From positions 25,485-89,484 of the forward strand of contig JBHLRO010000006.1 of NCBI GenBank assembly GCA_048882505.1: DNA of 64,000 nucleotides, read 5' to 3'. The notes beneath the pieces are model-generated. The model ran no database searches. It had not been told where the DNA came from and saw only the letters and a program-made list of their open reading frames with translations. The stretch comes from Candidatus Thorarchaeota archaeon (GTDB lineage: Archaea; Asgardarchaeota; Heimdallarchaeia; Hodarchaeales; Hodarchaeaceae). Of the stretch, positions 56,820 through 64,000 are shown one piece after another. Numbering within the stretch: the first letter of the stretch is position 1; each line of letters starts with the position of its first letter. Both the position numbers and the translations under genes were made by a program.

Positions 56820-57902
56820 TTAGTCATAGACAATTCGAGGATCCAACCACCCATAGATAATGTCTACGATTAGGTTAACAAACGCAAAGATCAGAGCGTA
56901 CCAGAGAATCACAGCCTGAATGACAGGATAGTCTCTGGATTGGATTGAATCTATCATATATTGCCCTAGGCCATTATATTCAAACACTTTCTCAACGATG
57001 ATGGAACCACCCAACATGGCACCAAAAGCAACTCCAGCTACTGTAATTACGGGTATCATGGCATTCTTTAGAGAATGATGAATGACGACCCTAGACCGAG
57101 GTGCGCCTTTTGCCTTAGCCGTTCTTATGTAATCACTGTTTAAAACCTCAAGCATGGAAGAACGGGTCTGCCGTGCAAGAACAGCCATTAGAAAGGCTGA
57201 TAGAGTGATGGCGGGCATTATTATGTGTTGGATCGAATTTGAAAGTTCATCAAAGAATTCTGAGAATGTTGAGCCTGGGGGAAAGAATAAACCTGGAATG
57301 AGAGAAAGAATTCGATCATAGTCCCCTGTACCAACAACAGGAAGAAGATCGAACACGACTCCAAATATCCACATCATCATCAAACCTAGCCAAAAAGCTG
57401 GTGCAGAAACTCCAACCATTGCTGCAATCATGGCTACATTGTCAGTTTTGGAATAAGGTTTTACACTAGATATCGTCCCTGCTAATCCTCCAATGATCAG
57501 AGCAATCAAAGTGGCTGAACTGGCTAGAACTACTGTGTTGGTAAACCGTGGTATTATTTCTTCGAGAACAGGTTGGCCAGTTCGAATTGAAGACCCAAAG
57601 TCACCTCTCAGAATGTTTATCATGAACGTTAGGTACTGTTCAAGAAAAGGCTTGTTTAAACCCCATCTCTCACGAAGAATTTCAACTTGTTCAAATGGTG
57701 CGTCCTCAGGAACGAGCAAGAGCGCAGGATCACCAGGAATCATGCGAACCAACATAAAAACTACGAAAGAGACAACAAAAAGGACTGGAATGACTAGAAA
57801 GATCCTTCGAATTAAGAAAGAGGTAAAAGGCAGGGTTAAATCACCATCGTGTTTAATCAGCCACCATACGAGGATCAAGAGCGTCTCTAAGACCATCTCC
57901 AA
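56820..57902 (-). CDS. ABC peptide transporter permease (OppB/DppB-like)
   Basis: FLIRRIFLVIPVLFVVSFVVFMLVRMIPGDPA and the EAA-loop region TAKAKGAPRSRVVIHHSLKNAMIPVITV. The annotated ORF overlaps the upstream gene by 50 nt, so the true start is probably internal. Confidence 0.85.
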   Translation of the reverse strand: MEMVLETLLILVWWLIKHDGDLTLPFTSFLIRRIFLVIPVLFVVSFVVFMLVRMIPGDPALLLVPEDAPFEQVEILRERWGLNKPFLEQYLTFMINILRGDFGSSIRTGQPVLEEIIPRFTNTVVLASSATLIALIIGGLAGTISSVKPYSKTDNVAMIAAMVGVSAPAFWLGLMMMWIFGVVFDLLPVVGTGDYDRILSLIPGLFFPPGSTFSEFFDELSNSIQHIIMPAITLSAFLMAVLARQTRSSMLEVLNSDYIRTAKAKGAPRSRVVIHHSLKNAMIPVITVAGVAFGAMLGGSIIVEKVFEYNGLGQYMIDSIQSRDYPVIQAVILWYALIFAFVNLIVDIIYGWLDPRIVYD

Positions 57903-58776
57903 CCAAGTTGAATGCCAAAACTGTCAATATGATGGCAAGGCCCGGGAACAACGATAGATGGATTTTCCCAGTCAAAAGGTAAAGGCGTCCTTGGTTCAAC
58001 ATGACACCCCATTCTGGAGTGGGTGGTTGTGCTCCAAGGCCCAAAAAACCTAATGCCGCCGCGGATAGAATTGCACTGGCAAAATTGAGGGTAGATTGAA
58101 CAATAAGGGGCCCTGCAGCATTAGGTAGGATGTGCCAAGCTAGAATCCTCCAATCTCGGGCACCCACCATTCGTGCTGCTTCGACATAATCGTTTTGTTT
58201 GATTGATATAACTTGACCGCGGGTTAATCTTGCATAAATAGGGATAAGTGCCATACCAACGGCAACCATTGCATTTTGTAAAGTAGGTCCCAAAATTGCG
58301 ATTATCATCAGTGCCAAGAGAAAAGCAGGGAATGCCATCATCACGTCGATTAATCGCATAAAGATATGATCGATCCATTTGCCATAATAACCACAAAGTG
58401 CGCCAATTATTGTGCCGATGACCAAGGCGATCGAAACAGAGACTAATCCTATTGTTATTGAAATCCGGCACCCAAGCATAATCCTGCTAAGCAAGTCTCT
58501 TCCAAGATCGTCAAGCCCTAGGAGATGTTGTGGTGACGGGGATTCACCTATTCGATCCAGACGTTCCGATGTAGGGAGGTGTCCATAGGGATCATAAGGT
58601 ACCAATAGCGGATTTCCCCATGGATCCACGGCAAAGATTGCGATAAGAAGAATTATTAGGAGAACTATAAGCCCAAATACCGCACGCTTATTTTTCTTAA
58701 ACTTATACAAAGTTTGGGGAAGTCTCGAAACCTTTGTCGTTTTGTCCATTACCTTTGCTGATGTTCCCATTTTCAT
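57853..58776 (-). CDS. ABC peptide transporter permease (OppC/DppC-like)
   Basis: 307 aa. N-terminal TM after KKNKRAVFGLIVLLIILLIAIF. Has the EAA motif EAARMVGARDWRILAWHILPNAAGPLIVQ. Confidence 0.85.
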   Translation of the reverse strand: MKMGTSAKVMDKTTKVSRLPQTLYKFKKNKRAVFGLIVLLIILLIAIFAVDPWGNPLLVPYDPYGHLPTSERLDRIGESPSPQHLLGLDDLGRDLLSRIMLGCRISITIGLVSVSIALVIGTIIGALCGYYGKWIDHIFMRLIDVMMAFPAFLLALMIIAILGPTLQNAMVAVGMALIPIYARLTRGQVISIKQNDYVEAARMVGARDWRILAWHILPNAAGPLIVQSTLNFASAILSAAALGFLGLGAQPPTPEWGVMLNQGRLYLLTGKIHLSLFPGLAIILTVLAFNLVGDGLRDALDPRMVAD

Positions 58777-58830
58777 GGACCTCGAAGGTTTAATACATCA
58801 TTTCACTCAAAGAGTGCTATTATAATGGAA

Positions 58831-59769
58831 TTAGTTTTGATCCAATGCCCAACAGGCGGCGTAATGTTCATTTCCAAGATCTAGGTAGGGGGGTTCTTGT
58901 TCACTGCATTTCGGAAATGCTAGCCAGCATCGGGGGTGAAATCTACATCCTGAAGGGGGATTTGCAGGGCTAGGGACATCTCCTTGGAGAATAATCCTTT
59001 TCCTCTTAGAATCAAGAGTCGGTTCAAGAATCGCTGACATCAGTGCCTTTGTATACGGATGTGCTGGATTTTGGAAAATATCGTCTGTTGGGCCATTTTC
59101 GACAATTTTTCCTACATACATAACCGCAGTACGATCGGACATATATTCAATAATTGATAAATCGTGAGATATGAATAAATAGGAAAGGTTAAAGTCTTTT
59201 AAAAGATCCTTAAATAGATTAAGAACCTGAGACTGGACTGATACATCCAGGGCTGACGTGGGTTCATCTAAAACTATTAAACTGGGATTTAATGCCAAAG
59301 CGCGCGCCACGCAGATCCGCTGACGCTGGCCTCCAGAAAATTCGTGAGGATGTCTATCCAGATGCTCCTCCTTAAGACCCACCTTGCTTAGAAGCTCTAG
59401 TACCCTATCCCTGATCTCTTGTCTTGGATAGATCCTATTAATGATAAGTGGTTCCCCGACTATTCTTTTTATGGTCATTCGGGGGTTTAATGAAGAGAAT
59501 GGATCCTGAAATACCATCATCATCTGCCTTCTCTGCTTTCGTAATCTTCCTCTATCCATCTGAGTGAGGTTTTTTCCATCAAATCTAATCTCCCCCGATG
59601 TGGGTTTCTCTAGCATCAAAACCACCCTTCCAACAGTGGTTTTCCCACACCCAGACTCCCCCACTAGGCCCAAAACTTCCCCCTTCCGGATTTGAAAGCT
59701 GATATCATCAACCGCCCTTACCCATCCAACTGTCTTTCTTAATACTCCAGCCCGGATGGGAAAGTACAT
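58831..59769 (-). CDS. ABC peptide transporter ATP-binding protein (OppF/DppF-like)
   Basis: Walker A GESGCGKTT, signature LSGGQRQR, Walker B LIVLDEPTSALD, and the C-terminal oligopeptide-ABC extension with CRFHPRC. Confidence 0.9.
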   Translation of the reverse strand: MYFPIRAGVLRKTVGWVRAVDDISFQIRKGEVLGLVGESGCGKTTVGRVVLMLEKPTSGEIRFDGKNLTQMDRGRLRKQRRQMMMVFQDPFSSLNPRMTIKRIVGEPLIINRIYPRQEIRDRVLELLSKVGLKEEHLDRHPHEFSGGQRQRICVARALALNPSLIVLDEPTSALDVSVQSQVLNLFKDLLKDFNLSYLFISHDLSIIEYMSDRTAVMYVGKIVENGPTDDIFQNPAHPYTKALMSAILEPTLDSKRKRIILQGDVPSPANPPSGCRFHPRCWLAFPKCSEQEPPYLDLGNEHYAACWALDQN

Positions 59770-59865
59770 TTTGAGGTTTTTAACCTCTAATAAAGTCTTT
59801 TGCGTGGTGAATCACCTTCTTCTGCTTCATGTAACCTGTAGCCCGATCTTGTTGAGAGAAATTTG

Positions 59866-60912
59866 TCATGCATATGAATTACAAGCTACAAAGTGTTCTT
59901 TATCGACTTCAATGAGTGTAGGTTTATTTTTTAAACAAACATTCCTTACTTGATCACAACGGGGATGAAATCTGCAGCCAAAAGGTGGATTTATTAAATC
60001 AGGGACAGTTCCTTTGATAGTGTTCAGTCTCCTCCCTCTACTTTCCCCTAGACGAGGAATGCATTTCATTAAACCGGAGGTATATGGATGAGTTGGATTG
60101 TTAAAAAGGGAACGAATGTCTGTGTATTCCACAACATTTCCCGCGTACATGACGGCGACCTGTTCGCACATTTCCGCAATCAATCCCAGGTGATGCGAAA
60201 TTAGCAAGAGTGAAATACCAAATTCTTTTCGTATTCTTTTGATTAACGCTAAAATCTGCGCCTGAATGGTGACATCAAGGGCTGTAGTGGGCTCATCCGC
60301 GATAAGAAGCTGTGGATTGCAAGCTAAGGCCATTGCAATCATAATTCGTTGTCGCATCCCTCCACTTAATTGGTGTGGATACCTGGTTGCGACCTTCTCG
60401 GGTTCTGGTATCCCTGTTAGATCAATGAGTTCAAGAGCACGTTCAGTTGCCTTCTGTTCAAGATCCCTATTTTCCAATTTGGATACGTCTTCTCTTTTGT
60501 TTGATTGTGAGAGTTCAAAGCCATACGTTTCTGGGTGAAGCAAGATAGCTTCAACAATTTGATTGACAATAGGAATAACTGGATTTAAAGATGTCATAGG
60601 CTCTTGAAAGATCATAGAAATGCTCTTCCCTCTAATTTCCTTTTGCATGTATTTCTCACTCTTTTGCAGGAGGTTAACACCATTGAACCAGATTTCTCCT
60701 TGAACAATACGTCCTGGTGGTTGAGGAATCAACCGCATTATAGACAATGCTGTCACGCTCTTTCCGCAACCTGTTTCTCCTACAAGACCTAGAGATCCAT
60801 TTCTACCTTTTATCTCAAGGTTAATGGCATCTATGGCTTTTACGTTACCTGAGTATGTAGAAAAATGAGTAGAGAGGTTTTTTACTCTTAAGAAGGGTTC
60901 TAATTCAGTCAT
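59866..60912 (-). CDS. ABC peptide transporter ATP-binding protein (OppD/DppD-like)
   Basis: Walker A GETGCGKS, signature LSGGMRQR, Walker B LLIADEPTTALD, and the C-terminal CRFHPRC motif. Confidence 0.9.
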   Translation of the reverse strand: MTELEPFLRVKNLSTHFSTYSGNVKAIDAINLEIKGRNGSLGLVGETGCGKSVTALSIMRLIPQPPGRIVQGEIWFNGVNLLQKSEKYMQKEIRGKSISMIFQEPMTSLNPVIPIVNQIVEAILLHPETYGFELSQSNKREDVSKLENRDLEQKATERALELIDLTGIPEPEKVATRYPHQLSGGMRQRIMIAMALACNPQLLIADEPTTALDVTIQAQILALIKRIRKEFGISLLLISHHLGLIAEMCEQVAVMYAGNVVEYTDIRSLFNNPTHPYTSGLMKCIPRLGESRGRRLNTIKGTVPDLINPPFGCRFHPRCDQVRNVCLKNKPTLIEVDKEHFVACNSYA

Positions 60913-61380
60913 TGATGTTTAACCACGGTTTTAAATTTTGAACAATCACAAAAAGCCCGACTTCGGTTGGAACATTCAGATATTGTTTCAGCATAAGGAT
61001 AATGCTCCTTATTTATCATGAGGGGGGTTTCCAACTGAAATTTACGTGAATCAATTAAAATTCGATTTGTTATTCCAGCTCTGGTTTACATATCTTTGTG
61101 TAATTATAGTTAATAGAAATAATCTCCGAAATCCACTTTTACTGGCAAGTTTATTGTTCCTATACCGCTAGGGGCATTAAAGTTGGACTAATTGGGACCT
61201 TGTTCTTTAACCCTGTAGTTATGACTAATTTGTACCTCACTAATCAATCGAAGCCACATCGAAATCTTACAAACCCGTTAAGAAGCCAATTTAGAAAAAA
61301 TTGTTGTCCCCTTTGAATCGGGGACAACGAACAACTAAGGTGGAGAATTCACCAAGGGATAACCAAGAAACCTTATGACT

Positions 61381-63108
61381 TCAGTTCTTTTTTTTCAATT
61401 TTCGTCCGAAGAAAGCTTTCTTGCCCATCATGAGGGCCAATGCAATCATCACCAATGGGAATTCAAAACTCGGAGTGACTTGTCCAGGCACGGGGTATCC
61501 GGCTTCGTCTAAGAGCTGTTTAGCCATTTCAATGTCCTGTTCGTAGCTCACATTACCCTCTTGAACTCCATAGGCGTTGGGAGCCATCATGGTATCAATC
61601 ATGGCGGAGCCATAGCCCGAGTAAAGCGTTTCAACCATTTTCGTTTGATTGACTGCGTAATTCAGTGCTTGTCTTACTTTTCTGTTTTTAAAGATTTCAA
61701 AGTCGTGATTCAAGCCAATGTGCATCATACGAACTGAAGCTGCTTTGATCATGTAGACTTCAGGATCCGCCATCAATGTGTCAATAGCAGTCGTCGGGGC
61801 TTGATGGATGTAGTCTACATCTCCAGCTAATAATGCTGTAACACGCGACGCGGAGTCTGTGATTTTCTTCATGATGACTGTCTGAAAAGCAGGTTTCTTA
61901 CCCCAATAGTTTTCATTTCGTTGCAGTGTGATGTGATCGCCTTTTACCCATTCTACAAATTTGTAAGGACCAGTGCCAGAGGGGTCAGTCTGGAAATCTT
62001 CACCAGGTACCGTCTCATTTGCCTTATGCAGAGCATCACATTGAGTTTTAGATACGATTTCGGATGGCTGATAATTGAAGAAGGGCATCAAGGCAGCGAA
62101 TCCGATTGTTTCAATCTTAAGCTGGTACTTGGAGAGAACTGTGATATTCTTTATTGGACCTGAAGGAGGACCAAATGATGATGACGCTAACGCACCGCTG
62201 TCAGGAGAAGCTAGACGATCCCAGAGGGTATATTTGACATCCTCTGCTGTAAGTTCACTACCATCATGGAAATAAACTCCTTGACGGATGTTGATAGTCC
62301 AATTCTCTGCGCTACTATCGGTCGACCAGGATTCTGCTAGAACAGGTACAACATCGCCCGTTTCCTGATCTAGTTTCACTAACGTTTCACAGACAAGACG
62401 TACGATTCCAAGATTTGACATTCCAGAAGTATGCTGTGGATCAAATTTGACTGGCTCTGTTCCCAGGGATAATGTAAGAGTATCATTTGACGTTTCTGAA
62501 TAGGCATCAAATATATCAACCGATTCGTCGTGATAAGTCGTGATTCCTTGCACTGATTTTGCTGCATGGAGATTAGGTTCGATTGCAAGAAATATCCAAG
62601 GTGCATCGGTCATAACGATGTCATTCATTTCTTCGTAGAGATCCATTAGGTTGGCTTCGTTGGCCTCCTTCCGGGATTGAACGAAAAGGTCATCGTAGTG
62701 TGTGTTATTGTAGAAGAGAGGTTCTAATCCTCGCTGGGAGATGAAATTCTTTAATGCCCCATCGGCATTCATCCACGGGTTTCCAAAACCGACAAACCAT
62801 GCCTGATAATCTCCCACTAATTTTGTTCGATTCGATTCCCTCTGAGCCGCTGCAAAAGAAGCCCAATCATGGGATTCTATCTTCATATTGATGTCTACTT
62901 CAGCTAGGAATGATTGAACAGCTTCTACTATCTGTTGGTCCATAGCGTAGCGCCCTGCACCGTAAAATAATGTGAATTCGAATCTATAATCCGCCGCTTT
63001 GACTGGTACTGTAGAAGCGTAGGGTACCAACAGCAAGAGCGCTAGGACTCCGATCTTTAGGTACGAAAATCCTATTTTCCTTCTATTAAACGGCAATACC
63101 GTCTTCAC
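61381..63108 (-). CDS. ABC peptide transporter substrate-binding protein, family 5, circularly permuted, C-terminal TM anchor
   Basis: 575 aa. Signal IGVLALLLLVPYASTVPVKA. Order of motifs: the C-terminal-type motifs come first (QQIVEAVQSFLAEVDINMKIE; WFVGFGNPWMNADGALKNFI; LYEEMNDIVMTDAPWIFL), then the N-lobe motifs (VLAESWSTDSSAENWTINIRQGVYFHDGSELTAEDVKYTL; SGTGPYKFVEWVKGDHITLQRNENYWG; KVRQALNYAVNQ...EMAKQLLDEAGY). C-terminal TM FPLVMIALALMMG followed by KKAFFGRKLKKKN. Confidence 0.8.
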   Translation of the reverse strand: MKTVLPFNRRKIGFSYLKIGVLALLLLVPYASTVPVKAADYRFEFTLFYGAGRYAMDQQIVEAVQSFLAEVDINMKIESHDWASFAAAQRESNRTKLVGDYQAWFVGFGNPWMNADGALKNFISQRGLEPLFYNNTHYDDLFVQSRKEANEANLMDLYEEMNDIVMTDAPWIFLAIEPNLHAAKSVQGITTYHDESVDIFDAYSETSNDTLTLSLGTEPVKFDPQHTSGMSNLGIVRLVCETLVKLDQETGDVVPVLAESWSTDSSAENWTINIRQGVYFHDGSELTAEDVKYTLWDRLASPDSGALASSSFGPPSGPIKNITVLSKYQLKIETIGFAALMPFFNYQPSEIVSKTQCDALHKANETVPGEDFQTDPSGTGPYKFVEWVKGDHITLQRNENYWGKKPAFQTVIMKKITDSASRVTALLAGDVDYIHQAPTTAIDTLMADPEVYMIKAASVRMMHIGLNHDFEIFKNRKVRQALNYAVNQTKMVETLYSGYGSAMIDTMMAPNAYGVQEGNVSYEQDIEMAKQLLDEAGYPVPGQVTPSFEFPLVMIALALMMGKKAFFGRKLKKKN

Positions 63109-63362
63109 CTCGTCATTTTACCTTGATTCTGCACGAAATATTTATTACAATTATTAGACGACTTATGTAGGGCCAATATTTAGACGGTTTAGACCTGCAT
63201 AAGTTAACAAATATTTTCGACAGATCGCAACTTCATGCTATTATTGACATAATAAACTTTCTGTCTGTTAAACCGATACTTATATACACTTAATAAAAAA
63301 TAAAAAATGGCAGTCATTATTAAGAAATCTCTAAAATTGTGATGCTTATTGGAGGATAAGAA

Positions 63363-64000
63363 TTGATTAGTCGTGAAGAATACCTCAAAATACCGCTTAA
63401 AGAGCGATTCATAAAGCTGGATAAAGTGGAAGAAGAACATGCGGAAGAACTGCATAGAAAAATTATAACCATCGATTTACACAGCCACATTTTATGGGGT
63501 GACTATTTTATTATGCCCCGTATTATGAATTCTGGCGTTTCCGGGTTTGTCGAAGCAGTTCCCGGGGTTTTTGGAGATTTTGACGTAGCAATGGCTTATC
63601 TAGGCCAGTTTCTTTTTCGCGTGAATAAACATGAGGTTTTTACGCCCGTATATCAAGCTCAGGACTTTAGAAGGGCCAAGAAGGAAAACAAGATCGGGGT
63701 GATGTTCCAACTAGAACCCCAACCGTTTGGAAGAAATCTAGACAATGTTGATATAGCCTATGGCCATGGTATCCGGATGGCCCTTCTGACGTTTAATACC
63801 CGCAATTATGTAGGTGATGGGTGCGGTGAAAGGACGGATGAAGGTCTGAGTTACTTCGGTTTAGATTTAATTGAAAGGATGAACAAGGTAGGAATGATGA
63901 TTGATTTATCCCATGTAGGGGTCAAGACAACGTTGGAAACAATCGAGCATTCCAAAGATCCTGTAATGTGTAACCATGTTGGAGCACGAACTTTATATCC
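63363..64000 (+). CDS. membrane dipeptidase, peptidase family M19 (N-terminal part; runs off the window)
   Basis: Open frame from a TTG at 63363, with GGAGGA at 63351-63356 and an in-frame TAA at 63357-63359. Translation: ...IITIDLHSHIL...GHGIRMALLTFNTRNYVGDGCGERTDEGLSYFGLDLIERMNKVGMMIDLSHVG...PVMCNHVGAR. This matches the M19 'DxHxD...LTHNxxN...GLSxxG..VVxEMNRLGMxVDLSH...SHS' pattern. Confidence 0.7.
   Translation, partial: MISREEYLKIPLKERFIKLDKVEEEHAEELHRKIITIDLHSHILWGDYFIMPRIMNSGVSGFVEAVPGVFGDFDVAMAYLGQFLFRVNKHEVFTPVYQAQDFRRAKKENKIGVMFQLEPQPFGRNLDNVDIAYGHGIRMALLTFNTRNYVGDGCGERTDEGLSYFGLDLIERMNKVGMMIDLSHVGVKTTLETIEHSKDPVMCNHVGARTLY

Noticed and set aside
1-64000. CRISPR arrays, rRNA, transposases/integrases, prophage genes
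   Set aside because: I scanned for direct repeats of 25-40 bp with regular spacing and for transposase or integrase motifs (DDE, tyrosine recombinase R..H..R..Y). None were found. The only DNA-level tandem repeats are coding: the SBBP blades and the beta-helix repeats.
1-64000. tRNA genes
   Set aside because: I looked for GTTC(G/A)A(A/T)TC T-loop-like strings in spacers (5000-5700, 8300-9030, 21420-21920, 39400-41140). No convincing cloverleaf was found. The occurrence near 32955 lies in weakly coding sequence without a matching acceptor stem. A proper tRNAscan-SE run is still needed.

Overview
This is a 64-kb window at roughly 38-40% GC with dense coding on both strands. I support about 50 protein-coding genes. 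I found no rRNA, no confidently identifiable tRNA, no CRISPR array and no transposase or integrase; these were scanned by eye only.

The gene content suggests an archaeon, most plausibly an Asgard-like lineage. That is an inference from the sequence, not a database hit. The evidence is Ras-superfamily small GTPases fused to roadblock/longin-like domains, two-component kinases, family-5 solute-binding proteins with C-terminal membrane anchors, membrane-tethered winged-helix regulators, an Lrp/AsnC regulator and GGAGG-type ribosome-binding sites.

Main blocks:
- 1-13.6 kb: housekeeping and accessory enzymes, including two tandem aldo-keto reductases, a GNAT acetyltransferase, a VOC/glyoxalase-like protein and a PEBP/YbhB-like protein, plus a beta-helix surface protein.
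- 13.8-19 kb: an orphan FtsX-type permease and a permuted family-5 solute-binding protein.
- 21.9-32.4 kb: the most notable locus. Four small GTPases (two Rab-like, one Arf-like with a longin/roadblock N-domain, one Rag/Gtr-like with an HKxD G4 motif and a C-terminal roadblock domain) are interleaved with two cytoplasmic two-component modules. One module includes a receiver fused to a roadblock-like domain.
- 33.2-36 kb: an unknown tandem-HTH protein and a membrane-anchored roadblock-like protein.
- 36.5-45.6 kb: a surface-protein island with two more beta-helix paralogs and a seven-blade SBBP propeller plus FN3 protein, followed by a membrane-anchored winged-helix regulator.
- 48.7-54.3 kb: redox and other enzymes.
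- 54.4-64 kb: a peptide uptake and degradation locus (M29 aminopeptidase, MmgE/PrpD, an Opp/Dpp ABC transporter, and a partial M19 dipeptidase).

Both family-5 solute-binding proteins appear circularly permuted relative to the canonical DppA/OppA motif order.
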